Notes: a model not told the origin generated them from the letters alone. Positions 1-13,494 are shown, counted from the first letter of the stretch. The stretch: 64,000 nucleotides of DNA from Octopus vulgaris (GCA_951406725.2 OX597828.1:52452001-52516000), one strand, 5' to 3'. A program made the numbers and translations.

Positions 1-252
<252 letters not shown>

Positions 253-265
253 CCGAACGACTGCA

Positions 266-285
266 GGCAGCGCCACCTGGAATAA
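266..285 (-). promoter_or_regulatory. Candidate CTCF-binding motif
   Basis: Minus strand TTCCAGGTGGCGCTGC matches the 3' core of the CTCF consensus (CCAG[A/G][G/T]GGCGCT); sequence match only. Confidence 0.3.
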
Positions 286-677
286 CTCTTGTTTCTTTTC
301 TTTGCCCTCTTTATCTGACCATACCCCGCTACCACCTCTTACCTCACCTTCTCTCACCACCACCACAACTACCAATAAATGTTTTCATTACAACGAAAAT
401 CCTGCTCCTAAGTTTACCCAGAAAACATCGGTGTTTTTCTTTCAGTATTCTTTAGTTAAGTTATGTTAACTGATCTTCTACGACTGGATCTGGTTTGTTG
501 GTAGGGCTGAGCTACGTCGTTAACGTCAGCCATTTTTGTCATTCTATCCATCTTTTTCTTTCTCTTTTCATTTTTCTTTCGTCCATTCTTTCTTTCTCGC
601 TTTCATTTTCCTTTTCTGTTTTTCTTCCCTTTTCTTTATACGTTTCCCTCTGATTGCCTTCTTTTATATTTCATACA

Positions 678-830
678 CAGGCGTCGGCGTGGCTTTGTGG
701 TAAGAAGTTTGCTTCCCAGCTAAATGGTTCCAAGTTCATTCCTCCTGAGCAAGTATCGTCTACTGTATTCTGGAGTCAACCAAAACTTTGCGAGTGAATT
801 TGGTAGGTAGAAAGTGAAAGAAGCCCGTCG
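678..830 (+). mobile_element. tRNA-derived SINE, family A, 5' half
   Basis: GGCGTGGCTTTGTGGTAAGAAGTTTGCTT...GAAAGAAGCCCGTCG, homologous to the heads at 38610, 52414 and 55185(-); degenerate A/B boxes. Confidence 0.85.
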
Positions 831-1427
831 TTTCAGCGAACTACGACAATGGTCGTACAGACATTAAGAGCTATATCGGAGCCGTGAAAGGAAAATTTAA
901 ATCTCTCTATAACAACCATTTTTCGAATTTTAGGAACCGTAGTAAAAGATATTCAACAAAGCTTTCGGCTTTAATATGGAAACTAAAGACGAAGGGGCCA
1001 AATTGACATCAAATGGGAAATCCTCACGAAATCCAAACCCTGTATCAACGGGTGTAAAATATGTTCAGTGTGTTCTCTTGAAAAACTGTTTCTATTAGAA
1101 AGCTTGAGAACATCCAAATAATACATAAATTTAAGGAACAAGATGTATGTCCGCATTTCAAGAAATATATCTTGTCGGAATTTAAAATTAACCACCGGAC
1201 ACTTAGTAAACTATTATCTTCTGGTTTACGTCTTCTGACTTCGAATCATTCTAGCATTGGTCATCTCCCTTGTGTTTTTCGTTTTGACTTCTTCTTTACA
1301 AGTGTCTCTTGCTTAAACATTATCTGCTCAAAAGACAACTGACAAACGCTCTTGTTTTCATCTTCATAAATGACTGAATAAATTATTTCGACTGGGAGAC
1401 CTGAGTAGCTGTATTTACAAGATGCGT

Positions 1428-1430
<3 letters not shown>
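831..1430 (+). mobile_element. Decayed Penelope-like element 3' fragment: GIY-YIG endonuclease C-terminus plus 3' UTR
   Basis: Frameshifted translation KSYIGAVKGKFKSLYNNHFSNFR...TKLSALIWKLK...DIKWEILTKSKP...CKICSVCSLEKLFL...CPHFKKYIL, with the YIG, NH, LS-x-x-IW and CxxC-x-x-EK motifs of PLE endonucleases. Confidence 0.8.
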
Positions 1431-1463
<33 letters not shown>

Positions 1464-1479
1464 GTGTGTGTGTGTGTAT

Positions 1480-1715
1480 ATGTGTGTGTCCCCTTGCGTC
1501 TGTGTTTGTTCTCTACCACCGCTTGTCAAAGAGTGTTGGTCTGAGTTTTGTTTAGATCCTATAACTTAGAGGTTCGGAAAGACCTGAAGAATAAGAACGA
1601 CGGAAGAAGTACCACGCTTAAATAAAAGTACTCGGATCGATGTGATCCACTAAATACTGTTCCAGGTGGTGCGCCAGCATGGCCGTAGTCTATTAACTGA
1701 AACAAGTAAAGAATA
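1480..1715 (+). mobile_element. tRNA-derived SINE, family A, 3' half
   Basis: TGTGTTTG...CCACCGCTTG...CCAGCATGGCCG...CTGAAACAAGTAAAG, same as the 3' halves at 28590-28790 and 52680-52872. Confidence 0.8.
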
Positions 1716-1929
1716 AATGATAAAAGGTAAAATAAAGACCCTAGGATTTGATGGGTATATTCAAAATGCATATCTATCTACTTTGAAATATATTTAGTTT
1801 CCCCAAATCAAACCAATGCTAATATCAAACATTATATCGGAAGCTTGGAAGGAAATTTTAAATCTAGATATTACCAACAAGTTGACAGATTTAGGTACAG
1901 TGACAGGAGAGATTCAACAACCATTTTTG

Positions 1930-2215
1930 ACTTCAATCTGGAACCTTAAAGACAAAGGAACCAAGTTCGACATCAACTGGAAAATCCTCTCTAAATCTAA
2001 TCCCTATATTAAGGGATTTAGAATATGTTCAGTGTGTCATTCAAAAAATAAGTCATTCTTATCTATCAACCACAAAAATTCCGTTATCAAAAGCTTGTGT
2101 TTTCTAGATTGGGTGCTACTGATGGTTGAACGGTACAAATTTCCAGCGAATTCATAAAGAGAGGACTGAAAATTGACCTACGAGACTCAACAAAGTCGAA
2201 TGAAAGTATCTATAA
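1930..2215 (+). mobile_element. Second decayed PLE GIY-YIG fragment, same type as 831-1430
   Basis: ORF 1816-2157 contains SIWNLKDKGTKFDINWKILSKSNPYIKGFRICSVC, paralogous to the translation of 970-1075. Confidence 0.75.
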
Positions 2216-2627
2216 TGGATTCATTCTTAATATAACCATCCAACTCCTGCGCCTTTATAGTTATTTTGTTGTAAATTCATAGGTTTTCTTAAACTCCTAA
2301 TAATATTTTCAAAAATAACATTTACAAAGCTTTTGTTTGTTTGTTTGGTTTTGTAGATAATATTGAAAAAACCCACAAGGTGTACAAAACGGAATCTCAC
2401 TTTGCTGGTTAAAAATACATTACCTTATGGTTCTTCAAAGTGAAGTATGGTTCATTATTGGTTACGCAATCTATTCTGTAACACATTTTAGGTTACCTAC
2501 TGTAACTGTACTGAATAAAGCGTTCGAACGGACACAGATACACACACACACACACACGCACACATACAAACACACACACAGACACACACACACACACACA
2601 AACACATATACGTAATTTACTACCTAA

Positions 2628-2872
2628 CGTGTAGCCTAGTGTTCGATTCCTGGACTGAGTGGCGCTTTGTGTTCTTGGGCGAATCCCGTCAATTTCACGT
2701 TGCTTCAGTCTGCTCAGGTGTATCTGGGAGAACCGGGTACGAAATTACATTCCGATCAACGAATGGTGGTGGTGGTGCGGAGGGAATGTTGGCTTGCTCG
2801 CCTTACGAACACAAAGCGCACTGTGACCAGCAATGTATAATAACATCCGATATCCTAGTCGATACCATGATA
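2628..2872 (+). mobile_element. Degenerate tRNA-derived SINE, family B
   Basis: B-box GTTCGATTCC; tail GCACTGTGACCAGCAATG...GTCGAT matches the tail of the copy at 4610-4920(-). Confidence 0.65.
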
Positions 2873-2882
2873 TGTATATATC

Positions 2883-3638
2883 ATGGTATATATACATTTG
2901 TCTTTAAGGTTCCAGATTGAAGTCAAAAGGGTTGTTGAATCTCTCCTGTCACGTGCCCTTCAACTTAACATCAAGGAACTGAGACATCCCAAATCAAAGA
3001 AAAACTTACAACCAAAAGCCTTACCATACATCTCCACACACAACCCTCTCAATAACGAAGCCTTCGGCACCATCCTCCACAACATACCCCTCCTAAAAAA
3101 AGACCACAGAATGAACACAATCCTCCAAACACACACGATCATAAAAAGCAAGAGACAGCCTAAATCCATGAAAAGTCTCCTAACACAAGCCCGAATTCAC
3201 TCTTCAACACAGAAGCCGACAGTAAAAAAATGTGGAAGACCCAATTGCGGGATATGCGACTATCTAATTGAGGGATCAGAGTTCTCCTTCAAACAGGGAC
3301 AACGGTTTACAGTGAAAAGCAACTTCACATGTGCTTCGGAGAACCTAATATACTCACTAACCTGCTCCGGGTGTCAAGAGCAGTACATAGGCCAAACAAA
3401 AAATAGTTTGCGTAAACGAATGGCCCTGCACAGATCCCAGATAAAAATTCCCCAAAACAGAAAAATAGCTTTTAGCCAACACATAGATACTTGCGCCAAC
3501 AAAAAAACACCAAGCTTCAGGATTTTCCCCCTCTACCAATTTAGGGACGATACAACCTCGAGACAACGAATAAGTAAAGAAACTCTCTTTATTACAAAAT
3601 ACAGGTCACTTCTTAACGGGTCTACGACAAACAATTAA
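2883..3638 (+). mobile_element. 5'-truncated Neptune-type Penelope-like element: linker plus GIY-YIG endonuclease ORF (open for about 250 codons)
   Basis: Cys-rich linker KKCGRPNCGICDY; NLIYSLTCSGCQEQYIGQT (GIY-YIG with CxxC); conserved R and H (LRKRMALH), E (SKETLFI) and terminal LN. No RT domain is present. Confidence 0.9.
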
Positions 3639-4517
3639 TATACCTCAACTTTAGAATAAAAGAAATATTCACACGCAAATATTACATTCCAAAGAATCCA
3701 TTACTAATCACAGCTAAAATCACAGCTATAATCCATAACATGCCAACTTCAAGTCATACAACACCTCACTACTTTAACCCATTCATATTCTCCCTTCTCT
3801 GTTTTTTTCTTTTTCTTCTTCTTCCTCTCCTTCTTCTTCTTCACCATCATCATTATCATCATCATCGTCGTCATAATCATCACCACCATCATCATCATCG
3901 TCATCTTCTCCTTCTCCTTCTTCTTCTTCTTCTTCTTCTTCTTCTTCTTCTTCTTCATCATCATCATCAACATCAACATCGTCATCTTCTTCTTCTTCTT
4001 CTTCTTCTTCTTCTTCTTCTTCTTCTTCTTCTTCTTCTTCTTCTTCTTCTTCTACTACTACTACTACTTCTCCACCTTCTACCCCTTAACTTTGTCACTA
4101 ATGTTTTTTAGTATAACACCTACGCAAATTCTATAAACAAGCCTTTCAATAGAAATATTCTTCTGAATTGAACTGCGACTGCTAGCCGCCACTGACCATT
4201 CAAAATACGACCATCAGGGCACTCCCAGATTTTCCCACCCCCTTTCCTCATCAGCCTTCTTCCTCTACTACCCTACCAAGAACTCACAACGACCTCCAAC
4301 ACACAAGTGCAAACAAGGGAGTCAGAGAAAGGCAGAATGCCACTTATATCTGAACACTACTATAGAAATATTCCTTTAAAAAAACTTTTCTTCTAATTTT
4401 TCTAAATTTAATTATTTAATCGTTACAGTTGAAAAGGTCTCAAAATGGCCGAAACCGGTACTGAAATGTTCACTATAAAATTATTTTAGCATTTTCTATT
4501 TTTGACTTGTTTTTTCA
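3639..4517 (+). mobile_element. 3' UTR / pseudo-LTR of the Neptune-type PLE
   Basis: Follows the ORF stop, carries an HHR motif and ends in (TA)n. Segment 4298-4517 recurs as a reverse-complement copy at 51391-51607. Contains (CTT)n/(CAT)n at 3800-4075. Confidence 0.75.
4426..4463 (+). ncRNA. Minimal type-I hammerhead ribozyme, U3-A8 core variant
   Basis: CAG-TTGAAAA-GGTC(TCAAAAT)GGCC-GAAA-CCGG-TA-CTG: stem I CAG/CTG, stem II GGTC/GGCC, palindromic stem III ACCGGT, cleavage triplet GUA. Confidence 0.75.
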
Positions 4518-4557
4518 TATATATATATATATATATATATATGCATGTGTATGTATG

Positions 4558-4609
<52 letters not shown>

Positions 4610-4613
<4 letters not shown>

Positions 4614-4920
4614 CATGATCACCGTGATCGACCAGACTATCAAATGTTGCTGCACATCGCTGGTCACAATGCACTTCGCATTGTTTTAGCCTTCAAATGA
4701 CGCCACCCCGCTGGCTAAGCGAGCTTGCCAACAGAAGAACGAGTGAGAGAAAGTTGTGGCAAAAGAGTAGCAGGGATCACCACCACCCCCTGCCGGGGCC
4801 TCGTGGAGCTTTAAGTGTTTTCGCTCAATAAACACTCTCAACGCCCGGTCTTGGAATCGAAACCGCGATCCTGCAACCACGCGTCCGCAGCCCTAACCAC
4901 TGGGCCATTTGTGCCTCCAC
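4610..4920 (-). mobile_element. Full-length tRNA-derived SINE, family B
   Basis: Minus strand GTGGAGGCACAAATGGCCCAGTGGTTAGG (A box)...GGTTTCGATTCC (B box); body shared with 62181-62490. Confidence 0.85.
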
Positions 4921-4931
4921 ACACACAAACT

Positions 4932-5013
<82 letters not shown>

Positions 5014-5020
5014 TATATGT

Positions 5021-5067
<47 letters not shown>

Positions 5068-6239
5068 CATATATGTGTATACATATATATATACATACAT
5101 ACACGTATGTATATATATATATATAACAATTTTAAAATCATGCTATTAATCACCTGTAACATAGCAAAGAAAAGATACAACATCAAATCAAAGGGCAACA
5201 TCTAAGAATGATATCCTGACGACAACAGCCTCGAATAAGAAAAGCACCATCAGTAGAATGTGAAACAACAGTAACAAAACAAGAAAGCAGGAACAAATAT
5301 CGGAATAACAACAGAACAACGACAACAGCGATATTTGCAAACAATAAGAACTGCGAATGAAATGACGAAGAGGAACAATAAGAATATTGAAAACATGAAC
5401 AGCAGCGATAGCAACAACAATATAACTTCGATGACAACACTTACTACTACAATGATAGGATCGAGGATAATATAACTGGTTAAGAATATAACACAAATAG
5501 TCAAGACACAAAAAAATTTTAAATAATCAAACAATTCTCGAGAAAACATTACAATAATAATAAATAAACAACAATCAACAGCAATGACAATAACAATAAA
5601 AAAAACAACAACTAAAGAATGATAAGCATCGTCAACAACAACAACAACAAAAAACAAATAATTCTTGTTTGGTCGACCATAATTACAGTGTAATAGGAAA
5701 ACTGCAAGTTGTTGCCCTCCAGGGATGAAACGAGTGGAGTGTAATTAAATGAGGCTCTTTAATATGTGTGTGTGTGTGTGTGTGTGCATGTATATATAGA
5801 TACGTATGCGTGTGTATGTGTATTAGTGTGAGTGTGTATATGTATATATGTGAGTGTATCTGTGTAGGTAGTTACAGTCACACATACGGATGTATATATA
5901 TATATGAGTGTGCGTGCGTGCACGTACGCGTGTGTGTATTCGTTATAGATATTATATAGTACATATAAACACATTCACACACACACACATATATTTATAT
6001 ACATATTCACACAACGCTGTGTGCATGTATATGTGGATATGTGTATGAATAAGTATTTGTGTGTCTGTACATAGATATATATATATAATGAACTCCTATA
6101 CACTCAGTTGTATTTTCTGTATATATATGAGAATATATGGGTGATTACGTGTGTATATGCATACAATGCTGTGTACATAAACGCACACACACAGAGACAG
6201 ACATAGACACACACATGCGCGCGCATACATACATACACG

Positions 6240-6304
<65 letters not shown>

Positions 6305-6307
6305 GTA

Positions 6308-6341
<34 letters not shown>

Positions 6342-6391
6342 CATACATATATATATATATATACATATATATATGTATATATATGTATATA

Positions 6392-6443
<52 letters not shown>

Positions 6444-6918
6444 TACACATATACACACGTATATTTTAGAGTCAGTGATACTCATATTTATAAAAGCAAA
6501 CATGCCCAAGCAACCGTATTAAAATGGTTGGTACTCGATTGTAATGTATGAAGATTTGGTGTTTCGGTTTGTTAATATGTCTTGTAGCAAATATATAATT
6601 AGGGAATTAATGGAGATGAAAAGAGACTGAGGAAAGGTGCGCAGTCGAGACGCGTGTGTATGTGTGTGTGAGTGCGTGCGTCCGTGCATGTGTATGTGCG
6701 TGTGTATGTGCGTGTGTATGTGTGTGTGAGTGTTTATGTGTGTGTGCACATGCGTATGTGTGTGTGTGTGTTTTCATCGTTGTCGTTATCATCCTCACCA
6801 GTCATTTTCGTCGTCGCTTCCTCATCGTCATTACCATTACCATCATCATCACCATCATTATTATCACCATCATCATCATCATCACCGTCATCCTCATCAT
6901 CATCACCATCATCGTCAC

Positions 6919-6964
<46 letters not shown>

Positions 6965-7131
6965 TTTCCGTTTCTTTTACAACTTCTTCTTATTCTTCTT
7001 CTTCTTCTTCTTCTTCAAATTTCTTTGTCTTTATGATCTGAGTTCAAATTCCACCGAGCAAACATTATTATTATTATTATCATTATAATAATAATAATTA
7101 TTATTATTATTATGAGTAGTAGTAGTAGTAT

Positions 7132-7173
<42 letters not shown>

Positions 7174-7180
7174 CAGTAGT

Positions 7181-7265
<85 letters not shown>

Positions 7266-7390
7266 ACTTTAACAGTAGTCATAGTAGCGGACTCAGTTTA
7301 GTTTTCAGGGAATCATTTAATATATCCAGGTTCGCAATTGTATCATACATATCTATGTATGCTTATACGTATGTATATATGCGTGTATGC

Positions 7391-7428
<38 letters not shown>

Positions 7429-7535
7429 TTCAGTAAGTGGTACTGGTGAGGACAAGGAAACAACAGAATCAGTGGCAAACAAGAGTACAGTAACTATACT
7501 CACCTTTCACACATACACACACATGTATACATATT

Positions 7536-7593
<58 letters not shown>

Positions 7594-7600
7594 TATTCAT

Positions 7601-7631
<31 letters not shown>

Positions 7632-7779
7632 CATATACACACACACATATATATATAGATACAGATATAGGTAGAGATATCGACGTAGACAAATATACAT
7701 ATATATATATACACATATATATATATATAAATACATATACATATATACATACATATACATGTCTCCCACTCTCTCTCTC

Positions 7780-7810
<31 letters not shown>

Positions 7811-7945
7811 GTGTGTGTGTGTGTGTGCGCATATATATGTATATATATATATATGTATATATATATATGTATATACATACATACATACATACATACATAC
7901 ATACATACATACATACATACATACATACATACATACATACATACA

Positions 7946-7977
<32 letters not shown>

Positions 7978-8000
7978 GTCGCTCCGCACCCCATACAGTC
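4921..8000. repeat. Compound microsatellite field: (TA)n, (CA)n, (CAT)n, (TAG)n, (CATA)n, degenerate (ACA)n
   Basis: Directly visible arrays; source of the poly-IY/HT/S ORFs. Confidence 0.9.
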
Positions 8001-8229
8001 GGTCATGTTCCTAGCACCATCCTCTATCGTATACTCAATTTTGCCCACAAGGTATTATGGTATATTTCATTCAATTATCTTCTATTTAATTTTATATTTT
8101 CTCCTTTTACGTTTCAGTTTCGTCTTATTTTCTCCTTCATTCATTTTGATTCCCTTCGTTTTTCTTCCAGTCTTTTTTTTTCCTCAAACTATTATTTAAT
8201 TGTTAACCAGCGCTGACTTTTCGTACTCA

Positions 8230-8900
8230 ACTGTAGAAGTGGTTGGAATAATGATGATTGTGGCGGTGGTAGTAATAGTAGTGTCGGCGGCGACGGCGTC
8301 AGTGTTGGTTTTAGCTGTGGTGGCAGATGTTCTAGTAGCGGTGGCAGTAGCAATAGTGGTAATGGTGGTGTTATTATTGATGCTTTTGTTGTTGTGGTGG
8401 TAGTGGTGCTGGTGGTGGTGGTTGTGGTGGTGACTGTAGTGGTATTTTTTATTGGAAGCGGTAATACAGACGTTTGAAATTTAGTGTTCGCCATTCAGTG
8501 GTGATGTATGGAGTAGCAATGGTTGTGGTGTTGGTCGTGGAAATGTGCGTTGGTACTTTTTATTGTTGTAGAGGTAGCTGTTGTATTAGTGGTATTGTTG
8601 CTTCGTAGTGTTGGTTGTGTTGGTGTTAGCGGTCGCAGTGGAATTGCTATGATATATATAACAGTGTTGGTGAAGGCTGTAGTACTGCTTGCAGTATTCT
8701 GAATGTTCGGAGAGATGCTTGTAGGACGTTAATGCTGGTAGTGAGGTTGATACTGGTTTGATGTAGGGATTGGTTGTGCTAGTATTATGGGTGGTATTGA
8801 TGATGGTTATGGTAAGGAAAACGTGTTGATGTTAATGACAACGTTTGTTATGCTAGTGGTAGTGGTTCTGGCGGCGTAGGTGACGAATAATGGTAATGTA
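8230..8900. repeat. Degenerate (GGT/GTA/GTT)n low-complexity block
   Basis: Decayed trinucleotide periodicity. Confidence 0.7.
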
Positions 8901-9386
8901 TTATTTTGGGGTTGAGCCTTTTTTTTCATATTGTCTAGATAGAAAGGGAAAATTTTATTCTGATGTCCCTTTTAGGGCCTAGGATATTGCGAAGCGCAAT
9001 GGAGGAAATGTTCCTCAGACAGAAAAAACCTGGCCTTAAATGTTTACACTCTCATTTCTGCTAAATATGTCCAAGTTTAGAAAGTGTTGTTGCTTTTTTA
9101 AGTGAAAATTATGGTTTTCAAATGATAGGTGACAGGTGGTCAATGGAGAGTTGAAGCACTGCATTCCGTGCGACTGCGGGATGAAGGTCAGATGTAAAGA
9201 AAATTTGGTTTCTAGAGAAGTGTTGGTTTTAAATCATCTCTATTCGCGAGAGTAGTTTGGATGTAAAAAGAATTTAGTTTCGAAATGTAATCATTTTACA
9301 TCTTGTCTTAATAGTCTCTCGAAAATCAAGATGCGATCACTGTTATGTTGTCTAGCATGATGAGACGATTGGCGTATTATGTGATG

Positions 9387-9447
<61 letters not shown>

Positions 9448-10020
9448 TGTGTGTGTGCTTCTTGCTAATTATTTTATTTTGAATACTTGCAATTTAAATT
9501 GTTCAGGAGATAACTTTTATGATGGTATATTATAAGGCCGCCTATTTAGAAAGACCGTTTCCCTAACTGCATCAGTATTTCAAGTGCTGGTTTGCAGTCC
9601 TTACTCTTTTTCCTATTGTTATTCACACATAGAGCGTGTGATCAATTACTTAAGCGACCAGATTCTTGGTCATAATTATCTGAATCCGGTTCCAATCTGG
9701 GAAACGCGGTGTGACTTTAAGGAAAGCACATTATTTCACGCTACTCCGATCCACTTTCAAATGTGAAAGCATCCGGTCAACATTACAATGATACGGCAGC
9801 GTATAAGAAAATGTGGTCCGTAACCAAAAGCCTTGATGCATGAAGATGAATACTCTCAGCAATGGACTGTTCTCTCCTGTCTTCAATCCTTTTGTATTTC
9901 TAGATATAAATATATACGATCAGCAACATGAAAATATGACTTTATCTGAAAATACAGTCTAAAAAAACTTTCGTTGGTTTTCACACATTGTTTGTGTATG
10001 GTGACAACACTCCATGTATA

Positions 10021-10412
10021 TCTTTATATATAAAAGAGAAGTTGTGTGTCTGTCTCCTACGATTTATATTCCTAACTACTCCCACATTTTGCGGTGCAGT
10101 TTAACCAAAACCGGGTATCTTATAGTCGTGATTCATATCGAGCCCTTCTGGGTATTAGCGCGCGTCTACGATGAGTCTACGATTTAAAAAAAAATTTACC
10201 ATCATTTTTTTCCATTTTAATGCATTTTTTTCGATATTATATAAGGGAAGGAACTCTCTAAAAATGTCTACGATGAGTCAACGATTAAAAATTTACCATC
10301 ATTTGTTTTCCATTTTTAATGCATTTTTTTGCTATTTTTTGGCTATAACTCTAAAAATGCTTATATTGTTATTTCACTTACAAACCCGAGCAACGCCGGG
10401 CGATACTGCTAG
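10021..10412 (+). mobile_element. Non-autonomous Helitron (392 bp)
   Basis: Inserted between A(10020) and T(10413); begins TC(TTTATATATAAAA) and ends CTAG; subterminal GC hairpin CCCG..CGGG at 10385-10400; no TSD; internal duplication of about 65 bp (10164-10230 / 10266-10330). Confidence 0.85.
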
Positions 10413-10984
10413 TTTTTCTCACAAAAGAACGTCGCTATTAATAACTTATTGACAACAGCTCAAGAACTTTGATCACAGCTGAGGAACTTTGAATATGCTA
10501 TGGTTCTGGGTTAAATCTGCCTAAAATGGGTACCAAGAGCCAAGGCTAAGCCAAACACTAATTGCTAATTCCCGATACTTAGTAGCGATTGTATTATATT
10601 CCCATGTGAATTGATTTCACGCCATATTAACAGACTTATGCGATAGCAAAGGTCAGGCTTCTTCTCGTTGAGGAAGAGGCATAGCCTTTTGCTATTTAAA
10701 CCGTCTCACTTAGGTAAGAATGGTTTACCTTGTGCTCCAGAAACTCAAAGCATTTCATCAAAGTTTTAATATGCTTGTTTTTGTTATTCATTACTCCATT
10801 CTCTGCAAGTTCCTCCCTCTTGTTGGTTTAGGGAATTATATACATTCAATTCTGTATATTTAACGTTGTGCATTTGATATCTTATACACACTGATAATGG
10901 CACCGAGATGTTTCGTCTGTCCCTTGGGAATATACATTTATGCATATATGTATGCATATATGTATGGATGTATATATGGTATCT

Positions 10985-11092
10985 AATTCTAGATGAGTAT
11001 ACTTGGTATCAGATTGTAGATGAGTTGGTATGAGAGTGTAGATGAGTATATTTGGTATCAGAATGTAGATGAGTATACATGGTATCAAATTA
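10985..11092. repeat. Minisatellite, unit about 27 bp (TAGATGAGTATACTTGGTATCAGATTG), about 4 copies
   Basis: Repeated TAGATGAGT...TGGTAT blocks. Confidence 0.7.
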
Positions 11093-11766
11093 TATATGTA
11101 TGGATGTATATATGTATGTATGCATGTGTGCACGTATGTAAAGTATGCATTTATGTATTTAAGTATATATTTATATACACATAACATTTAAACGTAAAAT
11201 ATATCACAGCTGCATGTAAAATGTGTGTATAACTTGGCACCGCTTTTTAGTCTTTGGTTGTTGATGCCATCACTATAAACCATTATTGTTATTGGTGATG
11301 TTTTTCGATCTTTCCCCAAAGCTGGAAATCTTCAGTTCCATCATCATCATCATCATCATCATCACTTACTCTTACCGTTTTTTTTTTAAATATTATTATT
11401 TCCTATTCGCCTTATTTATTTAATTATTTATTATTTCTTTATGTATTTATTAATGTATTTATGTCCCTTATGTTATACAATGTCCGAAACTGTAGTTTAT
11501 AAGAGCTGAGATAGAACCTGCGGATACAGAATATGTTTTTACGACAGAAATTTAGGTGGAAAAAAATGTTATGAGTCTTGGCCAGTTTTAAGGGTCTTCA
11601 TAAAATATATGCAGTCTACTTGTAAAATTGAATATTCGGTGGATTCCGAAAAAAAAAGGAGAAAAAACTGGAGTGATCTGTCTCACTCCCATTTCACAAT
11701 TCTACCCCAGGAAAAATTAGCAGAAAAACATATATATCTTTTGTTCTCCATTTAATATTTTCTCGC

Positions 11767-11816
<50 letters not shown>

Positions 11817-11990
11817 CGCGTGTGTGCGTGTATGTGTGTGTGTGCGTGCATGTGTGTGTGTGTGTGTCATCTGGATAATATAAATTATAATATGCATTAT
11901 ATATATTACCACGTATAAAATTTTGTTTTATATGAATTCTATACATTATGTATATATATCCGAACATATATACATATATATATGTGTATG

Positions 11991-12034
<44 letters not shown>

Positions 12035-12194
12035 TTGTAGTGAAAGAATATATGATAATAGAAAGAAAATATTCTTCATAATTTCATAATTTCAATATTA
12101 TATATTTTTTAAAGCACAGAAACCGATCGACTATCATAATATTCTATTCTTTAAAATATTTCAAAAATATACATTGTGGCCATTTTGTTTCTTT

Positions 12195-12625
<431 letters not shown>

Positions 12626-12916
12626 ACATACATATATACATACATATACATATATACAAGGTTAGCTGAGTTATAGGTTAAAATAACCACCTATGGCATA
12701 AAAATATCCAAAACACTATCTGTATATTACCTCTGTTTAAACATGGGCAAAAATGTTATGCTCATAAATAATAGGTAAAGACAAGGATAAACAGTATTTT
12801 ATCAGGAATCAAAATTTAATGAAAACAGAAAATAGAGATAATATTGATGAACAACACTTGATTTGTATTAATTATTATTTGTAAATTATTAATAAATAAT
12901 AATTGATGCAAATCAG

Positions 12917-12960
<44 letters not shown>

Positions 12961-13313
12961 TTCATATGTGGGAAATACTGTCTGTGGGTGTGTTTGTGGA
13001 GTTGTTAGCTAACTCTTCCTACATCTTTTTATCGATTTTGATGAAACTTAACGCGTGAGTAGAACTCACGTTTGGAAACCTCATGGCATACTCAGATTGT
13101 TGAAAAAAATAATCGATTATAGGGCCCCTGGAAGGGATCCTTATATATATCCAAGGGAAATAACCCATTCATTTTCCTAAGTTATTTGGTATAAATCAAA
13201 TTGGTCTAGATTCCACTTATGCGAATCCTCTAAAACGATTTGGTGTATATCGTTATATTTGACGAGAATTGGAATGTCTGGTACTGTTCACCGCTTCTTA
13301 GAGTAACACAAAA

Positions 13314-13359
<46 letters not shown>

Positions 13360-13494
13360 CACACACACATACACACACATATATTAGAGTTGGTCAAACG
13401 GTTTTGTCCATGGTACTGTATCGTGGCGCAAAACAAAAAAAAACTAGTGCGGTGGCAATAGGGAGGTGGAAAGAGGTAAGATCTGAAGATATGG

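Noticed and set aside
11291-11341. Minus-strand CTGAAGA-TTTCC...GGAAA-GATC-GAAA
   Set aside because: Stem II is out of register with the core and stem I is weak.
12958-13315. Possible second Helitron-like element (CGATTTTGATGAAACTT motif)
   Set aside because: No clear TC start or hairpin-CTAG end identified.
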